From Camelus dromedarius (lineage: Eukaryota), in contig NC_087437.1 in the NCBI RefSeq assembly GCF_036321535.1, forward strand, positions 43,774,001-43,838,000: a DNA stretch of 64,000 nt, written 5' to 3'. The notes beneath the pieces were generated by a model, which saw only the letters and a list, made by a program, of their open reading frames with translations, was not told the DNA's origin and ran no database searches. Made by a program: the position numbers and the translations under genes. The first letter of the stretch is position 1; every line of letters begins with the position of its first letter. Shown here piece after piece: positions 1 to 13,563 of the stretch.

Positions 1-1199
1 TTGTTAACAATGAAGATAAGGCAAGTCACCTCCAGAGGATAAAGGGCATAAGCCTCTCCACACCCTGCCTTTTTACCTAAGGGGTGTTCTTTAGGTACCC
101 AAACTGCCTGATACTATGGGATGTGTCAAGACCCCATACGGCCATTGTTGGAGCTATAGATCCAATATCCCAGTTTATAGAAGACTGCCACTGCACACCC
201 TAGCCAGGTGTTGCCAGATTATGAACGCCACAATCTCTGCCCACTGATAGTTTCAGTACCTAGAAAACTCATCATTACTGCGTCCAAGACTAACTGAGCA
301 GTTAGTAACCAGCTCAGGAAAAGGGGCGAGACAAGACAGATTAAGTGGAAGAACAAGAAAGCAAGCAATCCCCTCAAGCAGGGAGTCAAGAAGCAGACAG
401 TCTCAGGGAAAACACACAATGTTTATTTTTATTTATTATTGAGTTGTTACATAAGAAAATTTATGGAGCATAATATATAGGTTTGTAAACATACATACAT
501 ATTCATGCACATGGGCTTAGCACACACAGACATACAGACATACAGTAACAAAATTACAGAAATTAGATGCAATTGTTTTAATCTATAAAATTTACAATTA
601 TTAAAGATACTTCCCAGTGTAGGTGAGGGCATAGAGAAAGTGCACCAGGAGAATTTTCCTGTGGACAGGAAGAATCCCAAGGGCCCCTTCTCCAGTGAGG
701 GATGGAGGGATGTAAGCCATTCTTTATCTTGTTACTTTTGATTTGAAACTTTGGAAGTTCTCTAGGTGAAATCTGAAACTGGACCCCACACATAGAGGGT
801 AAGGAGAAACTGAAGAATGAGGATACCACTCCAGATTGGCAGGTGGCAGGTTAAAAAGCAAGGAAACTTTCATAGGAGGCTTATCTTGGGCAGCTGCAAG
901 ACAAGTAGATCTCTGCACCTGCCCACCAGAATCCTAGGGCCTTACCTGGGTTCAGTCACATACACCATCCAGATGGTCTCAACAATACAGTGCTCTCTCA
1001 AAGCTGTGTCTTGACAATGGCTCTGGCTGTGAGAGCAGTGGCCAAACTTACAGAGGGCGAGGGGATGAGGAACCTCTGATTGTTCTGGTTCTGCTCTTGG
1101 GTCCAGTGGTTACTTAACCTCTGTAAAGCTCCATTTCTTATCTGTTAAATGGAGGTAAGAATAACTACCTTAAAGTTGTGTCATAGTATATATGTACCA

Positions 1200-2030
1200 A
1201 AGTGTATTAAACTAGAAAACCACTAATGAAGTAATAGATCTAGGCAATGATCATCAATGGATGCTAACTAAACCCTTTGGGTGAAGAATAGGTTGGTGAT
1301 CAGACCCATAACACCTGAACCCACTAATCAATGTTAACACTGAAAAGTGGGATAAGGAGACATATGCCTACAGGTGTGTTGTAACAGCAGTATTTAGCAC
1401 CACATATGAAATATTTCTATCCAAATAATTTAACTAAAATCTGGTAGACCCTCAATTTCCAATGGCTGACCAATATGCATGGAAAAAAAAAAAATGAAGA
1501 ATCAAGTAATATGTTAAATAAAATCCCAAGGAAACAAACAGCTAAATCTAGAATTTAGAAAATGCCACAAAACAAATAACCAAGTTTCCTCAACAAATAA
1601 ATTGCATACAACAGTACAGAAGGAACACTTTAGATGAAAAGAGAATTGAGAAACATACCAATAAAATGCAATGTGTAGGTTTTATTTGGATTCTGATTCA
1701 AAGAAATCAACTGTAAAAAGCTTTTTTGAGTCAAAGAGGACATTTGAATAAGTGATATTAGATACTAAAGAATTACTATTCATTTTCCTAGGTATAATGA
1801 TATTGCAGTACTTTTTAAAGAATTCTTATTTGAAGTATTTATGGGTGAAATGATACCTTTTGGTAGTCCAGGAAAAAAAACGGAGGGGTAGATACATAAA
1901 ATAAAATTAGAAAAAGTGTTGATAATATTCAATGTGATTTGATGAATTTGTAGGGATTCATTGTATTACAATGTCTGTTTTTATGTATGTTTAAATTTTC
2001 TATAATAAAATGTTTTCTTTTAAAAAAATG
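1200..2030 (+). mobile_element. Old L1 (L1MC/L1ME-like) 3' UTR fragment
   Basis: Blocks such as AAATGCAATGTGTAGGTTTTATTTGGATTCTGATTCAAA and GATATTAGATACTAAAGAATTACTATT resemble ancient L1M 3' UTRs; A-rich end near 2030. Boundaries approximate. Confidence 0.65.
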
Positions 2031-2404
2031 TATTCAAACATACCCTTGTGGAGGGGCATTTACCTGCATCTAGTTTTTTAACATTAGAATAAATGCTGTA
2101 AAATAATACATACTAACGCTTCCTTTTAATTCTACATAATAGATTTCCAAGAGTAAAATTGCTAGATCAAAAGTATATATAGATATATATTATCTATCAG
2201 ACACCAAGTTTCTCAGTATTTTAAGAATGATCATATTTTATCTCTTGAAGTGCTCCTCAGTCCCATCTAACAGTTCTTGGCTAAGAACCAGAACCACATT
2301 GGATTTTTAAAAATTTTCTCAGTGGGATTTGGGTCCAGTTGCTAATCTACCACAGTGGTGATAATATCAGTGGTGAAGGGAGATGCAGCTATCTCTGCAT
2401 ATAT

Positions 2405-2572
2405 CGGTGTCTCAGACTTTGGTGTACCTGTATGCCATCTGGGAGTCTTGTTGAAATCCTGGTTCTGATCCAGGAGATCTGGGTCACAGCCTGAGATTCT
2501 GCATTTTTATTAAGCAACCAGGTGATACCACTGTTGCTAGGGTCACGGACCACACTATCCATAGCAATGGAC
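2405..2572. mobile_element. MER5A-like hAT-Charlie MITE
   Basis: GCCTGAGATTCTGCATTTTTATTAAGCAACCAGGTGATACCACTGTTGCT...GGACCACACT matches the characteristic MER5A core. Confidence 0.75.
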
Positions 2573-3720
2573 TAGCATGTAGCAGCCAAGTTTGTCAGCC
2601 ACCCCATGTGGAAACATCACAAAACCTGTCTGCTTGCAGCCTCCTCATGTGCAAAAGCTAGCATTTCCCAGGCCTGGCTCTGAGAAAGGACCTGTACCAC
2701 CTATTTGGCTTCCTTGCTGGATTGGGGAGACCAGCTGGTTTTCCCAGGAACATTCATCTTTCCTCCTGGGGATTTGTGGGTCTCCGTAGGGCAAACTCTC
2801 TCCAGAATTCACAGTATTTTGATAAGCACATCATATCTCTTTACTGTTGGTCTCTGGATGTGTCATAAGCCCAGAAGGACAAAAGATCCTCCCTTTCCTT
2901 CCATCTGCTCCTGGAAGAGCCAAGGCCTGGCTTATACCCTCTAGGCCCTCAGTTAGTTGATTCAACAGCTGCTTATCTCAAGAGACTAGTTACTATTGAT
3001 TTGGACTTAGGGGATATGTTCGAATTGCCATCTTCACATACAACAAAAGCTTCTACTACACGTTTTAAGCTAGGAAGTGGTTTTCATGATAATAAGGAAT
3101 ATGTACATATTTTAAAGGTTTAATATCTGTGAATCTGATCTAGGCTTCTAGAAAGAACTCAAATTTTAAGCAGGAAAAAGAAGGGAAAGATTAGATGAAA
3201 TTACATTACTGAGATGTGAGGGCAAAGAGTTGTCTGTCAGAGGAGACTCCCTTTGACATTCCACCAAAGAAAGCCAAAATGATGTTTTATACCTTAGGTC
3301 TCTGGACAACTGAAAAAGAAAAGATGAAAAATATAAGTAAATGAAAAATCAAAGAGAGTGCAGAATCACTAAATCTCTAGCCCCTCTTTCTTCTATGAGA
3401 GGATCCTGACATTGTTGGGCACACAGGTAAAGAAGGTAAAGGAGAATGAACTTTGTTCCTCAGGTTTTTCCTTTCATATCCTCCGGGGAGTGGGGCTCCA
3501 TCTTTGTACTTTTCCCCTGCACTGCAAAAGAGTAAGCCAAATATCCATGCTGTGCAAAAGTTAGCAGTCTTGTTTTATTTTAGGTCTCTTCATTCCTGGA
3601 GATGTCCAGATAAAACTTGTAGGATATTTTCTCTTTTTTTCTAAAAACTGGAACTATATTCTTTTACATTTATAATAACTGGTTAAACCAACAGTGATGC
3701 ACTTTCCATAGAAACACTTC

Positions 3721-3780
3721 TACCCTGTTTTAATAAGGTTGCTCTGCATTTACCCTGTTTCAAAAAGGTTAGTCTGCATG
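3721..3780. repeat. Two-copy 30-bp tandem duplication
   Basis: TACCCTGTTTTAATAAGGTTGCTCTGCATT followed directly by TACCCTGTTTCAAAAAGGTTAGTCTGCATG (25/30 identical). Confidence 0.85.
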
Positions 3781-5864
3781 GAGTAGAAGGGAATGGAGCA
3801 GCTGCCGGCAGAGTAAATGGGGCTGCTATGAAGCAGGCAAGGTCTCCCTTAGGAAAGAGCTGTGCCTTTAACAGCGTGACCAAATGGAGGAGCTCCAGAC
3901 AGAAAAATGCAGCCTTCTCAAGGCGTGAAGCTTTCATTCTTCTGTAACTGCCATGGTGAGAAAAAGTCCCAGCAAGACGGTAAAAGAGCAGTGGTGTTGT
4001 CATTATCATTCCTGGGTAAAGGAAAACCCTTTTATGTCTGAAGATTTTTTTTTTCCATTTTATAAGATTATCTCTGAAAACTTTTAAATGTGGTTTCAGG
4101 ACTCTGCTTCTAACCAAAACACCAGCTTTAATACAGTAAATACTCAATTTCAGTTTCTCAGTGCAGGTCTACTTAAATTATTTTCTTATAAAAGTTCAAA
4201 ATGTCATCTATTTACAGCCTTGATACCAACTCTGGGTGCTATGGCACACGTGTGAGCCAATAGCAGTGCAGAAAATGTCATGAACCTGTAGATAATGAAG
4301 TCTGCAATGACAAGAACTCGTGTCTTAAACTGTATTTCATCTACTACGGTGGGGACAAAATCATAAGATTATAGATCTAGAAGAAACCTCTGGACTCTAT
4401 CAGATTTACATGTCTCTCCAAATATCTCAATACCACTGAAGACTGGTGGCTGTTTTCTTTATAAACATATTCCAAGACAGAGAGATGACAATTTTCAAGT
4501 TTTTTTTTAAAATCACCCAATTTATATGAAGAGTTTCTATTTACTGATCTAAAAATCTCATTTATTTTAATATTTTTTCAAAAACTGTAGGATTTTTGTT
4601 TCCTAGGAGGACCAGGGACATAAAGTGAAGAAACTGAGTCCTGAAAAGAGTGAGCAGGATTAGAAATCTGACTGCTCACCCAGCATTCTTTTCAGTCTCC
4701 TGTGCTACCTCAAGGGTGAATGAAAATATAATGCACGTCATAGTCTTTAAAAATGCCATCATCTATTACGATTCATGGTGAATACTTCTGTTAATTTTTA
4801 TATCCTTCATTCTGTCACCTTACAGACACATAGAAAAAAGGATGAAAAAGGAGCATGTAAATGCAACACAATTTTTTTTTTAAGTTATGTTGCAATTGGT
4901 TAACAAATTCTCATTAGTTAAGAGAAAATTGTTTAATCCAGACGATTTTACTCACAGGCAAAATGAAGAAGTTGAACTAGATGATTTCTAAGACTCTTTC
5001 CATTTTAACACTAAAATTTGTGTAAAAAACACAATTTTTAACACTATTTAAATCAATTCAGTTTTGCTTTATGAAAGTTTTCCTGATACTTTTAACACCA
5101 TGAAAACATCCAAGGCTTCATGAAATGTACCTTTACCAAATAAGACTGACATGAACTTTACATTTAATGAAGCAGTATTCACAGAAAAGGTCTCTCTGAA
5201 CCTCGACTGTGTTTCATTAATGTTGTGAATGTGGGGTTTGCAGTTATGACTTTATACTTTGCTTTCCAGTTCTTTTTTTGATATCCTAAAGAATCTGTGA
5301 AAAATCAAGGTTAATCAATCCATCAGAGATCAGTATGACAATCATCTGCAGATTACAATTTCTTTTTGTACTTCAAAGTTCCTCTCCCACCCTCAGAAAT
5401 GCACTGTAATTTCAACGACATACCCTTTATAAACAGAGCACAGAAATGAATGGGGTTTGGGGAATAGATGAGAACTGTTCTTCACAAAATAAGAGGCTCT
5501 CAAGTCGCACATTCTTATGATAATCTGCACTGAATGAATACTATTGTGGGTCTCATGCATCTCACAGCAGGATTTCTTCCTCCTAATGTAACTGAGAATG
5601 AAATGCTGTCTCGGTCTGTGATACAAGGACAAAGACCACAGCAAACAATGTCAATATCATCACAACCTCCTTCAATTTTCCTCACTCAAGGCTTCAACTT
5701 CACTTCAGCCAGCTAAATCCCCTTGCTGCCAACAGACAGCCCTGTCTTACCACGCTGCTGTAATAAAGTCTCCTGATTATAATTTCCTCAACTTCCTTTC
5801 CACCTGAAAATCTCTATCATCACTTATTTTATGTTTTGTATTACCCAGAGGAAGCCACCAGGGC

Positions 5865-6068
5865 TTAACAGGCAGACATCTGCCCAGGTCCATTACTTGT
5901 GCAAATTATTTAATCTCCCTGATCTGCAGTTTTGTTAAACTGGGGGCAATACTTCCTCCACAGGATATTGTAAGGATTCGAGATCAAGCATTCCTCTCAT
6001 GTAAGCAAGTTTAGTAGATTGGCTCTAGTTGGCACATAATATGTGCTCAACAAATGGTATTGTTATTT
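5865..6068 (+). mobile_element. MIR SINE (degenerate)
   Basis: Core-like TTATTTAATCTCCCTGATCTGCAGTTTT...CAGGATATTGTAAGGATT and tail TGGCACATAATATGTGCTCAACAAATGGTATTGTTATT. Confidence 0.7.
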
Positions 6069-6214
6069 TCATCTCTGAGGAAAAGTTATCTTTCCACCTC
6101 AGCAAGGCTAATTTCACCCATCTTCTCTGCAATCATCAAATGTCCTCCATTCCTGCTCAGTTTTTAATCAGTGAAACAAGGCTCCTCCCGGGCTTGCAAA
6201 TATGTTTAAATACA

Positions 6215-6617
6215 CCCTTTCTCGTGTATAATTCTATGAATTTTGACAAATGTGTACTGTCGTGTAACTACCACCATAATAAAAACAAAGAAATTAACTC
6301 CCCAAATTCCTCTGTGTCTTCTGCTCACTGCTGCTTCTGACAATCATGGATCTCTTTTCTGTGCGTGTAGTTTTGCCTTTGCACACGTGTCATATAAATG
6401 GAATTGTGCAATATGTAGCCTTTTGAGTCTAACGTCTTTCATTTGGTATAATGTGTTTGATAGTCATCCATTTTGTTTCATGTATCAGTTATTTGTTCCT
6501 TTTAAGCGGCATTCCACGGGATGGATACAACGTAGTGTGCTTTCCAGCTGTGTGTTCTCCATTCTCCAGTTGAGGAGCATTTGAGTTAGTACCAGTTTCT
6601 GGCAATTATAAATAAAC
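6215..6617 (-). mobile_element. Old L1 (L1ME/MB-like) 3' region, antisense
   Basis: AATTCTATGAATTTTGACAAATGTGTA...TGTCATATAAATGGAATTGTGCAATATGTAGCCTTTTGAGTCT is typical reverse-strand L1M 3' sequence. Confidence 0.75.
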
Positions 6618-7104
6618 CGAAGCTGAGTTTTAAGTTGCTTTTGCTTTTCAAAATATTTTTCATATTTACATTAAACTAAGGTTAAGAAGCAGTTGTCTCT
6701 TACATCACTGCAAATCCATACATTTATAGATTCCATTATGAACCTATGAATTTCATTTCTGCTTGAAAAGTGGCAATCTCTATTTGAGCTAACCCTCTTG
6801 TAATAGTTTGCCAGACTTAGGCTATGTCAGCCAAAACTCGCTACTATCATTCTGTTTTTCATTCCTTTCCCCCAGGATAAAAATTTATTAGATACTTAAT
6901 CAGTCATCCACATCACTGTGAGCAATAGTTTTATGGCAAGTTTTGCAGCTGCAGAGCATGGAGAAATACTCCAACTTCCAATAATAATTTTCTTCCTACC
7001 TGCTTCCTAGCCTCCATGTCAATGCACGAAAATTGGGGGGGGAGGTATCACAATATCTCCAAAATTCTAGATACCAATTTCTACATTAATCAGTTTATAT
7101 TGTG

Positions 7105-7270
7105 ACATTGCTTCCACCTGGAGGCGATACCTGCTACTTATGCTTACATCTCATTGCCAAAACAAGTCACAAAGCCACACTTAACTTCAAAGACGATGAG
7201 GAAATATCATCCTACCATGCGCCCTGCAGAAGAGAGCTAAACATGTATGTCGGACACTTGGTTACAACAG
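7105..7270. mobile_element. MaLR LTR (MLT1-like) fragment
   Basis: CTCATTGCCAAAACAAGTCACAAAGCCACACTTAACTTCAAAG...ATCCTACCATGCGCCC resembles old MLT1 LTRs. Confidence 0.55.
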
Positions 7271-7829
7271 TCTAATTTCCCCTCCAGCATTTAGGCAACT
7301 TTTCTAACACCCCCATTTATTAACAATTACATTCTTTGCCCAGCAATTTTAAATGCTACTTTTATTATCCACTAAAATCTCCTATGTAATAAGTTTGTTA
7401 CTGGACTCAATTCCATTAACTTTTGCTACTTCCTACATGTAACTGTACTCCAGCATAATAGCCATATAAAAACTTTTCATACTGGTAGGGCAAGTCCTTC
7501 TTCAGTTTTCTACTTCAAAGCTTTTATGGGCTGTCCTCACATATTTATTCTTTATAAGACTTATTTTATCAGTCTTAAATATACAAATAATATATGAAAA
7601 AAGATAATCCAACAATAAAGAAACACATATAAATAACACATGAATGCCTCTATTTAATCCCCTTTTCCACTCTCATTCTCTTGTTAAGAAGTAACTTTTG
7701 ATCTACATCTGCCAGTCTTTTTTTTTTAATACATATACATGCATATTTTTGTAGATTTACAATGCATTGGTTTGCTGGATTAACATTGTTTAGCATAAAT
7801 AAAGTCATATTGTTCTGCTATTTTTTTCT

Positions 7830-9060
7830 AATTTGTTGACAAGGAATATGATTTCAAAACTTTGAAATGTGTTAATATTTGTTTTATGATTCAGCGTATG
7901 ATTTATCTAAGTGCATGTTCCATGTGTTCTTGAAAGAAATATATATTCTGCAGTTGTTGGGTATAGTGGCTTATAAATGTCACTTAGAGCATGTTGATTG
8001 ATAGTGTTGCTCAAATCTTCTATGAGGATCCGTACTGATACTTTGTCTACTCTTCTACCAATTACTGAGACAATTATTAAAACTTACTTTGGGGGTTTAA
8101 TTCTGGCCATTTTTGCCTCATGTATTTTAAAATATTAAGTGTATTCACTTTAGGGTTGTTATGGCCTCCTGATGAATTGACCCTTTTGTAATTATAACAT
8201 GACCTTCTTTATGCTTGATGATGCTTCTTGTCTGGAAGTCAATATTGTCTGACAGTAATATAATGTACCAGCTTTCATATGCTTAGTGTTTGCCTCGTGT
8301 ATTTCCATCGTTTTATGTTCAGTCTGTCTCTATCATTATATAGTGAATCTCTTATAGACAGCAAATAGTTGGGGTTTGCTTTTTTATGCATTGTATTAAC
8401 TCTGAATTGAAAGATATAACTGAGATTAAATCTACTATCTCACTATTTGCTTTCTACCTGCTATTTGTTTCTTTGTTCTGCCCTTTCTGTCTTCTTTTGG
8501 CTTAATAAAAATTTTAATATCTTATACCATCTTGTTTATTGGCTGCTTAGCTAATACAGCTTTATGGAGTTCTGTTCTGACCTTTGGCATGTTTCCTATA
8601 GGGATGACAATATGCTTCCTCAATTAATCACAGTCTTCTGGAATTAACATGATGTCACTCCACACATTATGTAAGAAATAGTGGTAAAATTCAACTTGCA
8701 CTGCTCCAATCCTTTGCAATATTGTGTCACATATTTACCTCTACATGGGTTATAGCCCTCACAATATACTGTTCTTACCTTTCTTTTAAGTAGCCTATGA
8801 CTTGAAGAATTAAAGAAAACAAATAAAAGTTAATATTTTATATTTATCTATGTATATCATATTTCCACTATTCTCCATTCCTTCCTGTATATCTGAATTC
8901 TCATTTGGTATCAGTTTCCTCAAGCTGAAGACAGTCCTTTAGTATTTCTTGTATGTGGCAAATTTTGCTGGCAACAAGTTCTCTCAGTCTCAGTTTATCT
9001 GAAAATGTATTATTTTTCTCTCATTTTCAAAAGATATTTTTGTTGAATCTAAAATTCTAG
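7830..9060 (-). mobile_element. Ancient L1M fragment (ORF1-ORF2 junction/endonuclease region), antisense
   Basis: GTTCCATGTGTTCTTGAAAGAAATATATATTCTGCAGTTGTTGGGT, TCTTATAGACAGCAAATAGTTGGG and TTTATCTGAAAATGTATTATTT resemble reverse-strand L1M; no intact ORF. Confidence 0.75.
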
Positions 9061-10219
9061 GTGGGACTTCTACTTACAGCTCTGAGAGTATCTAGAGTTA
9101 CCTTTTGCTGTCAACTAGAAAGTGGAAAAATTACAGAAAACAACTGTCAGGTAGTGGACAACAGGTGGCACAGGTCTGTGATCCCTAAAGAAAGGAAAAC
9201 AAATGAGGTGAGTCCGATCATGGCCCCGACCTCTGACTTGGAAGTATTCCCAGATTTTGGCATAGCGAAGGCAAACCTAGAAGGAGTCCAACAATCTCAC
9301 CGAATTAAGGAGACAGATTGGAGACCAATGCGTGTCAAAGGGTCTAAATATTTAAAAATTTTAAAGATATATACAAATAGACCTTATCAAAATAAACTTT
9401 ACAATGTATATGTTTCCTGTTTCATTTACTCCTCAAGAATAAGTTTAGAATCAACATATCAAATTCTACATTTAAATACCATTAGAATTTTAATTTAGAT
9501 GATCATTTTCTTATTTTATTTCTTGATATATTTTACATTTATTTTAATTTTCCTTTATATTTTTAGCCCATTGGAATTTTTGTTGGTGATAGTGTTGGTG
9601 GTTGGTTTCACTGTTAACAAACTTGGTTTTATATCTCCAGCAAAATTTGATAAAGCACTAATTAGAGAAACTTTGAAAAACACAAAGAAAATATTTTTAA
9701 ATGAGGAAAAAAAACATTAGTTTTCCTTCTTCTTAGGATATTTTGTTCCAATCTCTTTTTTTTATGCATAGGTTTTGGTTTTAAACAATTTGATCCTATT
9801 GTAAATAAAATATTGTAAGATACTTTTCTACTTAACTTTATATGAAAAGCATTTTCTCTCTTGTTAGATACTTCTTCAATTTTTGATTATTTTAAATAAC
9901 ACTGCAGTTACTTTGTAAAATCCCTTTATAATAGTTTCTCAGAAACAGAATTACCTGGTCAAAGTTTACTGATACATAGTCAATAAATATTGTTAAATTA
10001 CTTTCCAAAATATTCCAATAGTTTACACTCACATTTATTAAAGTGTCTACTTCATGACATCCTTGACAATGATCGTTTTAATTTCTGGTAATTCCATAGA
10101 TAAAAAGTCTCTCATTTTTTTATTTACAGTGATTTTATTGTTTGTAAGGTTGGACATTGTTTTATAGGCTTATTAATCAGTTAATTTTCTTCTTTTGAAA
10201 ATTATTAATTTTTTCAATT

Positions 10220-11250
10220 ACTTACTTTTGGTCCTCACCAACACTACTTTCATCAACTAATAACCTGATCACTGACCCTCATTTATCAAGGACTTTGCTA
10301 AATCACTCAAACTTTCTTAAGTTCTGTTATTATTCTGATTATCTGCCAATGTCCATCTAATACATTTGCCCCTTGTTTTATTGACTTCCTCACTTCCAAA
10401 GACTTCCATTTTCACTTCACATTTGCCACACTCTCCTGTCTCACTCATCACTTCAAATGCTTCATAACGTCATAAATTCACAATTTTCCTCTGGCCTTAA
10501 TCTCACTCATCCTTCCAACTCTTCTGCTTCCTTATTACATACTTTATCTAATTGCCACGTACTTAAGAATCATCAATATTCTCTCTGTCTGTCAAAATCT
10601 ATCAGTAATCTATCTGTAAAACACCCCTTATCTTCAGATCAACATCAACACATGAAATATTTTCATATTCATCCTTTAGACCCTTATTTTTCTGGCTCAT
10701 TTGTCTTCTATTATATATATTCTTAAAGAAACTCAACCCAGCTCAATTCACCTGTCCTCCTCTCCGGTTAAACTTTGTTTCATGAGCACTGCTGATGATT
10801 GGCACCATTATAAATTCAAGATCTTTTGCCTCAACTGGGTCTTCAGGGCTTCTAAGAAATCCTGTATTATTTCCTCTAGTTACTCCTACTTTCTCCAGTT
10901 GTCAGTAATTACTACCACAAACTTTCTTCACCTTTTTTCAGACTATCAATATACCTCCTCCAATGTCACTTTCAGAACATGAACTCAATCACTACTTCAT
11001 AGAAAACAGTAATCAAATCTTCCTCAACTTCCTGCCACTCTCCTTTTATTTTACACTCCTCCATTCGTTCTTCCTTCTTCCCTGACATAATTAAAAAAGG
11101 ATTCCTGCTCTTACTTAAAGTTAATAGCTTCTGTCCTTGCTTTTCTGCTTCTCTGCTTCACCAGTCACTCCAGTTCTCTCTTGTGTCTTTAACATCTCCA
11201 GTGATCAAGTTCTTTGTCAGCATTTAAATTTATTCAGGTTTCTCTCACAC
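10220..11250 (+). mobile_element. Probable highly decayed L2 internal fragment
   Basis: C/T-rich sequence with L2-like blocks (ACTACTTCATAGAAAA...CCTCAACTTCCTGCC); family inferred from composition and partial motifs only. Confidence 0.4.
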
Positions 11251-12107
11251 TAAAGGGAGATAGAGGAAAGAAAGAAAAGAAGATTACGAGGGACTTAGGA
11301 AGGGCAAAAGGGAGAAAGAAGAACCTCATCCAGGACTCCACTAGCTAATACACTTGGCAGATAAAAGGTTACAATAAACATCCGTGGAATAAATGCTGAA
11401 GAGCATTAAGCTTCAGTGTGATCAGCTTTGATTCATGAGCTTCACAGTGTGAATTGAAAAAAAAAAAAAACTGTACCATCTTTCTAAAACTGTAGGTGTA
11501 ACAATGCCTTAAAGGAAATACTTGACCCATCTACTTATTTTGTGACAACAAAGATTATACACAAACAAAAAAGTAAAGTAGCGTGCTCTTGTATGTTTCC
11601 TAATCATATAATGTAATAATTTTTTTTAAAAGTTTAGCTTTTACAGCAGAGGTAAAAAGGTTTACAAAAGGGTACACAGAGCTTCCTTAATTATTCAAAA
11701 AAATTCCAATACATAAATTAGTTTTACTTTCTTATTACCTTATAAACATATTATTTTTATATATTTGTATTTTGTTTCGTGCAGGGTTTTTTGGTTTAGG
11801 TTAGAAAGAAAATTGCATATTTCACAAACCTTTAATTTTTTCACTGTGTGGCAATATTAAGGATAGTGATTTGCATTAAAAAATTGTCATTACTATGCAT
11901 CAAAAAGCATTTCTTCCATAAATCTATTAATCTTACTTAGTTACTTAACCTATCAATTACTAACAGTTCAAGAATTTTATTCTTAAATTATTTGTGTTCA
12001 AAATGAATACATTTAAGATTAAATTTAATATTAGAAGCAAGAATTATAAGCTTACTGTACATATGGATTCTTATGACTTTACACTACCCTTAAGAATAGA
12101 TTCTTTA

Positions 12108-12895
12108 TCAGAATGGCCGTCATTCAAAAACCCACAAATGACAAATGCTGGAGGGCTGTGGAGAAAGGGGAACCCTCCTACACTGCTGGTGGGAATGCAG
12201 TTTGGTGCAGCCACTATGGAAAACAGTGTGGAGATTCCTCAAAAGACTAGGAATAGACTTACCATATGACCCAGGAATCCCACTCCTGGGCTTGTATCCA
12301 GAAGGAACCCTACTTCAGGATGACACCTGCACCCCAATGTTCATAGCAGCACTATTTACAATAGCCAAAACATGGAAACAGCCTAAATGTCCATCAACAG
12401 GTGACTGGATAAAGAAGAAGTGGTATATTTATACAATGGAATACTACTCAGCCATAAAAACCGACAACATAATGCCATTTGCAGCAACATGGATGCTCCT
12501 GGAGAATGTCATTCTAAGTGAAGTAAGCCAGAAAGAGAAAGAAAAATACCATATGAGATGGCTCATATGTGGAATCTAAAAAACAAAAACAAACAAAAGC
12601 AAAGCGTAAATACAGGACAGAAATAGACTCATAGACAGAGAATACAGACTTGTGGTTGCCAGGGGGATGGAGGGTGGGAAGGGATTGACTGGGATTTCAA
12701 AAATTGTAGAATAGATAAACAAGATTACACTGTATAGCACAGGGAAATATACACAAAATGTTATGATAACTCACAGAGAAAAAAATATGACAATGAGTGT
12801 GTATATGTCCATGAATGACTGAAAAATTGTGCTGAACCCTGGAATTTGATACAACATTGTAAAATGATTATAAATCAATAAAAAATGTTAAAAAA
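12108..12895 (+). mobile_element. Relatively young 5'-truncated L1 (ORF2 C-terminus + 3' UTR + short A tail) with 16-bp TSD
   Basis: AAGAATAGATTCTTTA at 12092-12107 and 12896-12911; TT/AAGA endonuclease-type site; AATAAA at 12877-12882; translation gives the ORF2p C-terminus. Confidence 0.95.
12145..12579 (+). pseudogene. L1 ORF2p C-terminal remnant (cysteine-rich domain)
   Basis: [30 protein letters not shown]...WYIYTMEYYSAIK matches the known ORF2p C-terminus. The element is 5'-truncated and has a 1-nt frameshift near 12151 relative to upstream [14 protein letters not shown]. Confidence 0.92.
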
Positions 12896-13104
12896 AAGAA
12901 TAGATTCTTTAAAAATTTTTCAAATATATATTGAAACCTGAAATTCATTATTTTATGCACCAGATGTCACTGTTTCTCCATGCTAGTAAAACAGATCAAC
13001 ATATTTTGGCAGTTAGAAAAACCAACTTACCATTTTTTTCTCTTCTTAAGTCTATATCCAACTGAAATATATAACTGTATAAACCAAGACAAGACCAAAG
13101 ATGG

Positions 13105-13563
13105 TCATGTGGTGCTGCATATGCATAATACTTAAAACTAGAAAGTACCTAAATGACAATCAAGAGTAGAATGGATAAATCCACTAGGGGTGTATACACA
13201 CAGTGGAATACTATACAGCTATGAGAATAAAGAATCTGCAACCACACCCAACAAATCTCAAAACACGTTGAGTGGATGAAGTCAGATGAAAAAGAGTATA
13301 TTGTATAGTCCCATATCTTCTATAAAGTTCAAAAACATGCAAAACTAATCTATGATTTAGAAGTCAGAGTAGTGATTAGCCTTGAGGGGAGACTGCCACA
13401 GAGCAGCCAAGAGGGGACTTCTGGAGGTGCTAGTAATATTCTGTCTCTTGACCTGGATGGTAGTTATAAGGGTTTATTCAATTTGAGAAAATTCACTGAG
13501 CTACAATTTTATGATTTAGACAATTTTATTTATGTATATTATACCTTAAAAGTTGATTAAAAA
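13105..13563 (+). mobile_element. Old L1ME-like 3' end
   Basis: AGAATGGATAAAT...TGGAATACTATACAGCTATGAGAA...CAAAACTAATCTATG...TTCTGGAGGTGCTAGTAATATTCTGTCTCTTGACCTGG. Confidence 0.8.

Noticed and set aside
3683..4147. 154-aa minus-strand ORF
   Set aside because: Begins at a non-ATG codon, has no recognisable motif and no convincing exon boundaries.
9061..9720. 145-aa and 73-aa + strand ORFs
   Set aside because: Overlap decayed L1-like and AT-rich low-complexity sequence; the hydrophobicity reflects T-richness.
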